Assembly (NCBI GenBank): GCA_027717645.1
Contig: JALLOG010000002.1
Span: forward strand, 1-63,706
Source: Desulfobacterota bacterium AH_259_B03_O07
Lineage (GTDB): Bacteria > Desulfobacterota_D > UBA1144 > Nemesobacterales > CSP1-2
DNA: 63,706 nucleotides
Direction: 5' to 3'
The position numbers and the translations under genes were made by a program. Below the pieces are notes generated by a model. That model worked only from the letters and a program-made list of their open reading frames with translations. It did not search any database and was not told where the DNA came from. This document shows, one piece after another, positions 51,626 through 58,780 of this stretch (positions are counted from its first letter, which is position 1; each line of letters begins with the position of its first letter).

Positions 51626-52168
51626 ATGAATGAAGTGAGAGAAAAGCTAAAAAAAATAATCAAGGATAACTCAATACTGCATGGAAAGTTTACTCTCTCC
51701 TCGGGAAAAGAAAGCGATTACTACATAGATGCTCGGCTTTCAACTCTCCATCCCGAAGGTTTATACCTAATAGGGAAAATATTTCTTGACGAAATTTATA
51801 AAAATCCTGAAATTGGGGTTGTCGGAGGTCCTACTATGGGTGCTGATCCCATAGTTGGATCAATTATTTCTCTAAGCTATCAAATCGGTAATCCCTTGAG
51901 GGGCTTTATAGTAAGAAAGGGGGAGAAGGACCACGGAACGGGAAAGCTGATTGAGGGAAATTTGAGCTCAGGCGACAAGGTCGCAATCGTCGAAGACGTT
52001 GCTACAACAGGCGCTTCAATCATTAGAGCCATGGAAGCAGCAGTAAAGGTTGGAGCCAGTATAAGAAAGGTTTTGGTAATTGTAGATAGAAAGGAGGGCG
52101 CAGCGGAAAAAATAAGAGATATGGGTTATGAATTTTTCTCGATTTTTGAGATTGAGGAACTGCTATAA
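51626..52168 (+). CDS. pyrE: orotate phosphoribosyltransferase
   Basis: GKFTLSSGKESDYYID and PRPP-binding motif VAIVEDVATTGAS. ORF opens at TTG 51602, but ATG 51626 fits the family N-terminus. Confidence 0.92.
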   Translation: MNEVREKLKKIIKDNSILHGKFTLSSGKESDYYIDARLSTLHPEGLYLIGKIFLDEIYKNPEIGVVGGPTMGADPIVGSIISLSYQIGNPLRGFIVRKGEKDHGTGKLIEGNLSSGDKVAIVEDVATTGASIIRAMEAAVKVGASIRKVLVIVDRKEGAAEKIRDMGYEFFSIFEIEELL

Positions 52169-52296
52169 TCCGATGTTAAATATCATAACCAAGGTTTTGT
52201 ACACAAATTTGTCATCTCTTTGGATGTCACGTAATTCGGGGACGGACTTTTTGTAATTTCATTATTGTTTTCTTTTCAGTAATCCTTTATGAATTG

Positions 52297-52548
52297 AAAA
52301 GCCATTTAATCGGCATTCAAAAAATTGCCAAAATCAATTCCGAAAGCGTTAAAAAAAGATTTAGGGTTGGGGCTGAATTAAAGATTTTTAGCTATAGGAA
52401 TTGATTTAATAAATCCTAATTTTTTGACAGCCCTTGTCCTGAACCCTGAGCTGCATCGAAGGGTCGAAGGGTTGTTTCTCGTTTCATGCTGAGTTTATCG
52501 AAGTATGTATCAAGACAAAGAAAGAATAAATAACATATGGATGCCCAA
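52297..52548 (+). repeat. about 200-bp interspersed repeat family, copy R3
   Basis: See R1 and R2. Contains an extra GC-rich insert CCTGAGCTGCATCGAAGGGTCGAAGGGTTGTTTC. Confidence 0.75.
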
Positions 52549-52559
52549 TAGAATTGTTA

Positions 52560-52706
52560 GGGTCGCGAGAAAGACTCGTAACCTAACCATGAACGAGGTT
52601 GGAAAACCTCGCCTATCGATTTTAGGTGTTTGATGCAGCTAATAGTAGGAAACGTAGCGGAGGACTTTAGTCCTCCATCTTTTGGCGACCTGAAGGTCGC
52701 CGCTAC
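52560..52706. repeat. GC-rich hairpin cluster between convergent pyrE and SDR genes
   Basis: CGAGGTTGGAAAACCTCG. Nested hairpins GTAGCGG[AGGACTTTAGTCCT]...[GCGACCTGAAGGTCGC]CGCTAC end 1 nt from the SDR stop. Confidence 0.6.
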
Positions 52707-53441
52707 TTACATTCCCCAGCCACCGCTTAGGTGAATGTTAGTACCGTTAACATATTTTGCTTCTTCGGATAGAAGAAAACTGGCTGCTTCAACAGCATCT
52801 TTTGTACTGCCAAGAAAACCGGCAGGGATTCGCTTTACCATTGCTTCCAACTCTTCCTTAGGTGCGCTCCCCGAATCAATAAATCCAGGTGATATGGCGT
52901 TTACGGTAATTCCATGGGGAGCGAGTGCACGCGCAAGGGAACGTGTTAAGATTAGAACTCCGACCTTTGCAATATAGTGTGCTGTTAGGTTTGGTTGTCC
53001 GACCATTTGATCTGCATTTGCCATACTGAAATTCACTATTCGCCCCCATTTTCGTTCAATCATACCTGGTGTTACTGCTTTACTAAGATAAAAAATTGGA
53101 TGAAGATTATTGTCAAACATTGAGTGCCAATCCTCAACAGTTTCCTGTAATATGTTGACACGGTGATATGGCCCAGCACAGTTTATAAGAGCATCCACAC
53201 GTCCGAATTCATTTTCCACTTGACTAGCAAAAGCCTCTGCAGCTTTTGGGTCTGAGACATCACATTGAACAGTTAAACATTTGCTTCCTTTATCTTCAAT
53301 TGCTTTTTGAGTGTTATTGGCATCCTCACTTGATTTCCTATAACATATTGCAATAGTCCAGCCCGCATTGGCAAGGCTGAGACCAATTGCCTTGCCTATC
53401 CCTCTAGCACCGCCTGTAATCAATGCAACTTTTTCATTCAT
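52707..53441 (-). CDS. SDR-family oxidoreductase (FabG-like)
   Basis: TGGARGIGKAIG cofactor motif, NCAG, and ISPGFI. Confidence 0.85.
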   Translation of the reverse strand: MNEKVALITGGARGIGKAIGLSLANAGWTIAICYRKSSEDANNTQKAIEDKGSKCLTVQCDVSDPKAAEAFASQVENEFGRVDALINCAGPYHRVNILQETVEDWHSMFDNNLHPIFYLSKAVTPGMIERKWGRIVNFSMANADQMVGQPNLTAHYIAKVGVLILTRSLARALAPHGITVNAISPGFIDSGSAPKEELEAMVKRIPAGFLGSTKDAVEAASFLLSEEAKYVNGTNIHLSGGWGM

Positions 53442-53483
53442 ACGAATCCTCCTTGTTCGTATATGTTGTATTCTAATCTACAA

Positions 53484-53825
53484 TTAATATCGAAAGACTA
53501 AACCTTTTAAAATCATATTTAAAATCGCAAGGACAATCGCACCAAAGAAGGCTGACCAGAATCCATGAACTTCAAAGCCTGGAACGAAGACTGTTGATAA
53601 TTTGATCATAAGAGCATTTATTACCAACAGAAAGATCCCAAATGTAATAATCGAAATTGGGAGAGTTAAGATTTTTAGAAAAAATCCAATCGTGGCGTTT
53701 ATCAATCCTATAACAAGTGCAGCAAACAATGCAGACCAAAAACTCTTGATCACAAATCCCGGAATAATATGAGCTACGATAATCAAACTTAGAGCGCTTA
53801 GTATCCAAATTATAATCAATACCAT
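53484..53825 (-). CDS. 4-TM phage-holin-superfamily-IV-like membrane protein (YvlD-like)
   Basis: 113 aa with four hydrophobic helices and an internally repeated pattern (IPGFVIKSFWSALFAALVIGLIN / VPGFEVHGFWSAFFGAIVLAILN). Confidence 0.6.
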   Translation of the reverse strand: MVLIIIWILSALSLIIVAHIIPGFVIKSFWSALFAALVIGLINATIGFFLKILTLPISIITFGIFLLVINALMIKLSTVFVPGFEVHGFWSAFFGAIVLAILNMILKGLVFRY

Positions 53826-53974
53826 AATAAAAACTCCTTCACAGACGATTATTATAAATTAATTTTACAGAACTAGAATGCATTTTTAAGTTAGTTTAGA
53901 TGGGGTTGGGAAAGCTTGTGTTCTAAGTTTTTCCCTTAAGTGTTGTCTCATTTTGTATCTATCATCATTTAATT

Positions 53975-54559
53975 TCAATTGCGGCTGGGGAAAATTCCTT
54001 GCGGGCATATGATGTAGTTTAGTGCCTGAAACGGAGGCATATTGTTATGAGCCTGTCCGCCACCAGTTGTGCCGATCGCACCATTACTCAAAATCGCATT
54101 TTGAGGTTGCGTAGAATAGAAGTTCCTTTTCCTGGCTAAAACGTTTCCGGATGGAATATTTGTATTCCCCCTTTGATTTCTTGCATTTAAAGTATGGGTA
54201 TGTGAAGGCATTTCCTGGACAGTCAGAACTTGAGCTTCTTCTCCACCTTTTGCCCCAAGTGTGCGTGGTGTAAGTCCGGGACCGTTACCCGCGTGAGTAG
54301 GGACCCTACCGCGTAGGTCAGGTAGGCCAAAGTTAGTTCTTCCATCTCCACCATAAGTCGTGCCCAGGATACTGAACAGTGCCTGATTCTGATTTATAGG
54401 TAACAACTGCCCATCACATAATGCCCAATTCCGGGGTGCAAAGTTACCAGCGAAAATTCTGACTTCACCTATAAAACACTCCTGAGCATCCGAGCGTTCT
54501 AAAAAAGCAAAAATACTGAGAATTGAAGAAAAGATAAAGATACTTAGAATTCTTAACAT
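53975..54559 (-). CDS. phage tail collar domain (MdpB-like) secreted protein
   Basis: GEVRIFAGNFAPRNWALCDGQLLPINQNQALFSILGTTYGGDGRTNFGLPDLRGR. Signal peptide. AAAGGAGG lies 8 nt upstream of ATG 54559 (ORF opens at 54601). Confidence 0.8.
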   Translation of the reverse strand: MLRILSIFIFSSILSIFAFLERSDAQECFIGEVRIFAGNFAPRNWALCDGQLLPINQNQALFSILGTTYGGDGRTNFGLPDLRGRVPTHAGNGPGLTPRTLGAKGGEEAQVLTVQEMPSHTHTLNARNQRGNTNIPSGNVLARKRNFYSTQPQNAILSNGAIGTTGGGQAHNNMPPFQALNYIICPQGIFPSRN

Positions 54560-54782
54560 AATATTTACCTCCTTTTGATTAGTTTTAGGTGTTATTCTCA
54601 TTGGTTATTATAATATTGCACGAATAAACGATTTTCTAGTTTATTTTAGGTACCTGAGCTCAGAAAACTTGACGAAGACCTTAATTCTTCATATATGATT
54701 TTGGTACTTATAGAATAAACACAAAAATTAATATTATGTGGCAGGAGCGTTAAGGTCCGCCGCAGATTCAGGAGGGTCCACC

Positions 54783-55109
54783 ATGCAAGCCAAAAATCTT
54801 GAAATATTCAATGAAATGCCGTTCTTTTTTTGGGTCAAGGATGAGGAGGGGAGGTATATATGGGTCAATCGAGCCATTTCTCAAATGGCCAAGGAGGATA
54901 TTATCGGAAAAACCGACCACGAATTACCCTGGGCTGATAACGCCGATGCCTTAAGAGCGGTCGACAAGCAGGTCTTGGAGACGGGAAAGCCCAGTTTCCT
55001 CCACGAATACGTGGATAAGCCCAGTAAAGCTACCCTAAGTGTTTGTAAATTTGTGGGGGAATTTGACGGCAAAAGATGTGCCTTTGGAGTTTCGTTCATT
55101 ATCGAGTAA
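54783..55109 (+). CDS. stand-alone PAS domain protein
   Basis: FFFWVKDEEGRYIWVNRAISQMAKEDIIGKTDHEL is PAS-like. GGAGGG lies 7 nt upstream of ATG 54783 (ORF opens at GTG 54738). Confidence 0.6.
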   Translation: MQAKNLEIFNEMPFFFWVKDEEGRYIWVNRAISQMAKEDIIGKTDHELPWADNADALRAVDKQVLETGKPSFLHEYVDKPSKATLSVCKFVGEFDGKRCAFGVSFIIE

Positions 55110-55135
55110 TAGGCTCAGAAAAGGAAGAAAAAGGA

Positions 55136-55198
55136 TTGACAACTTTTTTCTGTAAAATTGTTGGAAAGTATGAATCGACTTAATAATATGTGTTGGAC
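55136..55198 (+). repeat. AT-rich junction module, short form (ends GTTGGAC at the start of cassette 1)
   Basis: GACAACTTTTTTCT directly abuts GTAAAATTGTTGGAAAGTATGAATCGACTTAATAATATGTGTTGGAC. These are the same arms as the 249-bp repeats, without the central ~180 bp. Confidence 0.7.
55161..55189 (+). promoter_or_regulatory. candidate outward-facing promoter in the junction module
   Basis: TTGGAA, 17 nt, TAATAT, about 35 nt upstream of the helicase ATG. The same geometry occurs at 57118-57146 and 63621-63649. Confidence 0.3.
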
Positions 55199-55225
55199 CG
55201 AACGCCCGGAACCGGAGGGAAGTCC

Positions 55226-56890
55226 ATGGTAGAGGACGAACCGCAGAGTGCGGAAGAGGCTGAACTCAGAGCTGCCATCGAGGCCGTGCTGAGTTCCCCC
55301 AGCGACAAGAAACTGGTGATTGCCGGCCCGGGTACCGGCAAGACAACGCTCTTCGAGCAGCTGCTTGAACTTGCGCCTGGACACCCCGATCAGCGGATTG
55401 TCCTCACATTTGTCAACAACCTCAAGGACGATCTGAATGACGATCTAGGCGGACTGGCTCAGGTTTTCACACTTCACTCGTACTGCCTGGGCCTACTGCA
55501 ACGCGACCCGGCACTCAGAGGTTCGCTTTCGCCAGACTTTCGCTGCTGTCCCGGGATTGCGAGCATCATCGCAGAAGACTGGGAGGTCATCACGCAAAGC
55601 GACGCCCCTAAGTTTGTTGGTGAAATGCGCGCTCTCTCAGAGGAGAACCAGATTCCGTTCTACCTAGCTCGCGGCGAGTACTACGACGCGGTCGATTTTG
55701 ACGACACCGTGTACCGGGCGTACGAGGGTCTATCCTTTGGGCGTGCCACACCCGAGAGCTACGACCTTGTCCTAATAGACGAGTACCAGGATTTCAACGC
55801 GCTTGAGGCGGGCGTCATCGACGCTTTGGCTGAGCGTAGCCCCATCTTGATTGCCGGTGACGATCACCAGGCTCTCTACAGTCAACTGCGCGATGCGAGT
55901 TGGGACCACATCCGGCTCCTCAGCAAAGCTGGGGAGTACGATGTCTTCAAGCTCCCGTTCTGCATGCGCTGTCCCAAGGTCGTGGTCGATGCAGTCAACG
56001 ACGTTCTGACCAAGGCCGAAGAGCTGGGCAGGCTCGAAGGGAGGATCGAGAAGCCCTACAAGCACTTCCCTCCCGCAAAGGGAGCCGACAGGGCGAAGTA
56101 TTCCAAGATTGTGCACGTAGAGCCGTCGGTCCAGAGACAGGATGCGAACTACATGGGGCGCTATCTCGCGCAAGCGATTGCTCAAATCACCGAGGATGAG
56201 ATTAAGACAGCTGCGCACGGCGGCTACCCCGCGGCGTTGGTCATCGTGGCGCAGCCCTACCGCGATCAAATCGTCAGTCATCTTGAAGCCGCGGGGTACG
56301 TTGTCGACACCAGGCGCAACTCCGACAGCAAGCTCAATCGGGAAGCGGGCATATCAATTCTGAAAGTGGATCGGGTCTCCAATCTTGGATGGCGAATCGT
56401 TCTCGGCGCAGACGCCCCTTCCTTTCTCAAGGACGCTATTGTCACAACCGCAGATTGCACGAGCCGTCTTGTCGATGTAGTCCCAGATGAGTACCGCGAG
56501 CGCGTGCTGGCCGAAGTTGATGCGTACGAGCCACCAGAAGAGGTACAGGCTGAGGCAGAGACTCCCGCTTCATCGGATGTCCCTTCTGTCAGAGTGACTT
56601 CCTTCGAGGGAGCCAAGGGCCTCTCCGCACAGCACGTGTACATCGCAGGCCTGCACAATGGCGAATTGCCGCATGATCCGGCTTCAATCAAGGACCTCGA
56701 GATCTGCAAGTTCGTGGTAGCGCTCACCCGCACACGCAAGAAATGCACTCTGATCCGCACCCGGAACTTCGCTGGCAACTGGAAGACGCCATCCTCCTTC
56801 ATATCGTGGATAGACCCTGCTCGTCTGGAGTTCATCAAGGTTGACGCACAGTATTGGAAGCAGCAGGCGGAAGAGGCATCTGAGAACTGA
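55226..56890 (+). CDS. UvrD/PcrA-like superfamily 1 helicase (compact, about 555 aa)
   Basis: Walker A AGPGTGKTT, Walker B LIDEYQD, motif III AGDDHQALY, motif V-like FEGAKGLSAQHVYIAG and motif VI VALTRTRKK. GGAGGG lies 6 nt upstream of ATG 55226 (ORF opens at GTG 55190). Visibly GC-rich relative to the flanks. Confidence 0.85.
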   Translation: MVEDEPQSAEEAELRAAIEAVLSSPSDKKLVIAGPGTGKTTLFEQLLELAPGHPDQRIVLTFVNNLKDDLNDDLGGLAQVFTLHSYCLGLLQRDPALRGSLSPDFRCCPGIASIIAEDWEVITQSDAPKFVGEMRALSEENQIPFYLARGEYYDAVDFDDTVYRAYEGLSFGRATPESYDLVLIDEYQDFNALEAGVIDALAERSPILIAGDDHQALYSQLRDASWDHIRLLSKAGEYDVFKLPFCMRCPKVVVDAVNDVLTKAEELGRLEGRIEKPYKHFPPAKGADRAKYSKIVHVEPSVQRQDANYMGRYLAQAIAQITEDEIKTAAHGGYPAALVIVAQPYRDQIVSHLEAAGYVVDTRRNSDSKLNREAGISILKVDRVSNLGWRIVLGADAPSFLKDAIVTTADCTSRLVDVVPDEYRERVLAEVDAYEPPEEVQAEAETPASSDVPSVRVTSFEGAKGLSAQHVYIAGLHNGELPHDPASIKDLEICKFVVALTRTRKKCTLIRTRNFAGNWKTPSSFISWIDPARLEFIKVDAQYWKQQAEEASEN

Positions 56891-56906
56891 CCCATAAGCA
56901 CTGCAT

Positions 56907-57155
56907 GTTTTCGGGGTCTGGCGTGAATATTCATTCAACTATTTTCTATCAATTTTAAACAAGCGACAGCTATTCTTTTGATACAACCTTTTCTAATTTT
57001 ATCTTGCTTTATATGATTTTAAGAAGATTTAGGCCCAGCTTGTTGAGTCTCGATCCTTTTATGTGTAAAGTGCCTAAATTACTGTTTGTAATTTGATCAG
57101 AGTATATTGTAAAATGGTTAGAAAGTATGAATCGACTTATTAATATATGTTAGGC
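56907..57155 (+). repeat. 249-bp AT-rich junction repeat, copy 1 (ends GTTAGGC at the start of cassette 2)
   Basis: Differs at 5 positions from 63410-63658. Partly complementary arms ATTCAACTATTTTCTATCAATTTT (56933-) and AAAATGGTTAGAAAGTATGAAT (57111-). Confidence 0.9.
57118..57146 (+). promoter_or_regulatory. candidate outward-facing promoter in the junction repeat
   Basis: TTAGAA, 17 nt, TAATAT, about 30 nt upstream of the GTG start at 57178. Confidence 0.3.
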
Positions 57156-57177
57156 TAATAATTGAGAGGGGTAGTTA

Positions 57178-57834
57178 GTGAAATCTGAATTTGAAGAAGG
57201 ATCAATAGTATTCAATATTGACAGGCCCTTTACTCTAAGAGATCTCGCTGGCCCATGGAGCTGGGTAGCAAATCGTTATTACTGGTTCGTATTTGATGAA
57301 CTCTTTATGGATTACTATATTGAGACGTACAAAAATGGTAATAATCCAACAAACATAATTACTTACGGGTTAGATAAAGTTGCAGGGCAACTCGAAATTA
57401 GTCTAGAAAAAACAAGTGTTGCTTTCCTCGTTACGAGCGCCTCTTCCGGAAGTATTCTTCTTAAAGTGTCAGGTGTATATAAAGCGCTTAAGAGTTTGAC
57501 GGCTTGGCTACCCCTCTATGGAAAGTGGGTACAAGAAAAGGGAGAAATTGATATTGCTACAGAAGTAAAACGCTCTGAAGCTCTGAATGAAATAACTAAA
57601 AACTTTGTTCGGGCGGGTATTCCAGAAGATGTTGCTTTCAGCATGGCTTATGAGCGCTTGTATCGCGGCTGGCCTGATTTTTATTCGCCGGAAGGAATGG
57701 GGTTGGCCGAACATATTACATCGAGTGAAGTTGAAAATACCGGAAATGTTCTAACTGTGAAAGAAAGGGAGATTCATGCCATTTCACCTAGAGAAAAGGG
57801 TGTTAATGTATTTGAGAAATCAGATAAAAAATAG
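57178..57834 (+). CDS. hypothetical protein (218 aa), cassette 2
   Basis: GAGAGGGG RBS upstream of GTG 57178. AT-rich. The stop TAG abuts attC R''. No motif recognised. Confidence 0.6.
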   Translation: MKSEFEEGSIVFNIDRPFTLRDLAGPWSWVANRYYWFVFDELFMDYYIETYKNGNNPTNIITYGLDKVAGQLEISLEKTSVAFLVTSASSGSILLKVSGVYKALKSLTAWLPLYGKWVQEKGEIDIATEVKRSEALNEITKNFVRAGIPEDVAFSMAYERLYRGWPDFYSPEGMGLAEHITSSEVENTGNVLTVKEREIHAISPREKGVNVFEKSDKK

Positions 57835-57924
57835 CCTAACAATAGGCTTGAGAGGGACTTGGTGCCGCGGCGTTCTGCTTCGCTACACTCTGCATCCCCA
57901 AGCCCCTCAGCCTAAGCGTTAGGC
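57834..57924 (+). mobile_element. integron attC site (91 bp)
   Basis: R'' is GCCTAAC (57834-57840) and R' is GTTAGGC (57918-57924). The left arm GCCTAACAATAGGCTTGAGAGGGACTTGG matches the reverse complement of the right arm, GCCTAACGCTTAGGCTGAGGGGCTTGGG. Confidence 0.85.
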
Positions 57925-57952
57925 CGTTTAACCCAATAGGAGGTGAGAATTA

Positions 57953-58582
57953 ATGAAAAAAATTGCCCAAATGTTAGCATTTGTAATTGTTACGCTGTGG
58001 ATCTTTACAGGTTGCGATTCCAAAAATAACAAGGAGGAACAAGAAATGAATACGCAAAAAGAAGAAACTCTCACACCTGCCCAGCAAGCTATGGTTGCGA
58101 CCTGGGAAGAGCACATGCGCGCTGAGTTTGAACTACTCAACGTCGATAGCACTCTTGCCACTATGGTCGAAGAGCCCTACCTTGTTAATATTCCGATTCT
58201 TGTTGGCGGTGATGACCAGAAGGGTGTGCGAGATTTCTATACCAACCATATGATCGGGCAATTTCCAGCAGATATGGAAATCGTCGCGGTGTCCCGCACA
58301 GTTGGCAACGACCAGCTCGTCGAGGAACTGGTTCTGAAGTTTACCCACACGACGAACATGGACTGGATGTTGCCAGGCGTTGCACCGACTGGGAAGAAGG
58401 TTGAGGTTCCTGTGGTTGTTATCGTTGGTTTTAAAGATGACAAGATGGAAAGTGAACGAATCTATTGGGACCAATCTTCCGTGCTCGTACAGCTTGGTCT
58501 TATTGAAGCTGAAAAATTGCCTGTTACCGGCGTCGAGAGTGCTCAAAAGCTGCTCCAGCTTGTCGGTATAGGTGATGACTGA
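57953..58582 (+). CDS. SnoaL-like / NTF2-fold lipoprotein, cassette 3
   Basis: Lipobox IFTGC. AGGAGG RBS. Paralog of 45981-46535. Confidence 0.7.
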   Translation: MKKIAQMLAFVIVTLWIFTGCDSKNNKEEQEMNTQKEETLTPAQQAMVATWEEHMRAEFELLNVDSTLATMVEEPYLVNIPILVGGDDQKGVRDFYTNHMIGQFPADMEIVAVSRTVGNDQLVEELVLKFTHTTNMDWMLPGVAPTGKKVEVPVVVIVGFKDDKMESERIYWDQSSVLVQLGLIEAEKLPVTGVESAQKLLQLVGIGDD

Positions 58583-58629
58583 AGGAATTAGATCAGAGGA
58601 TATGCAACTATCGCTGATCATGACCAAGC

Positions 58630-58758
58630 GCCTAACAATTCATTCACCCGACAAAAGGCGCCAGTTCTTTAAGTTCGTTAAGTGCTCTCTCAAAGTTTAT
58701 TTGGAGATTTTAAGATAAGTGCAGTCAACCCCTTTTGCGGGTGATGACAGTGTTAGGC
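58630..58758 (+). mobile_element. integron attC site (129 bp)
   Basis: GCCTAACAATTCATTCACCCGACAAAAGG ... CCCCTTTTGCGGGTGATGACAGTGTTAGGC. The arms are reverse-complementary with bulges. The left arm resembles the aadA-type 59-base element. Confidence 0.88.
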
Positions 58759-58780
58759 TTCATTAAAAGGAGGGAAAATC

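Noticed and set aside
55772-56934. Long minus-strand ORFs (55772-56281, 56278-56934, 56684-56938) and plus-strand ORFs (55900-56199, 56142-56363) overlapping the helicase gene
   Set aside because: These are typical GC-rich shadow frames: Arg/Ser/Ala-rich with no motifs. The plus-strand helicase frame carries every SF1 motif. Two of them start inside the AT-rich repeat (MNEYSRQTPKT), which is an artefact of the repeat.
56933-57132. Interpreting the 249-bp repeat simply as a MITE with about 22-bp terminal inverted repeats
   Set aside because: Identity between the two copies extends beyond both arms: about 26 nt upstream and about 24 nt downstream to the GTTRRRY core. The short form at 55136 keeps the arms and tail but lacks the interior. 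This does not fit a simple TIR-bounded element, so the option stays open in the findings.
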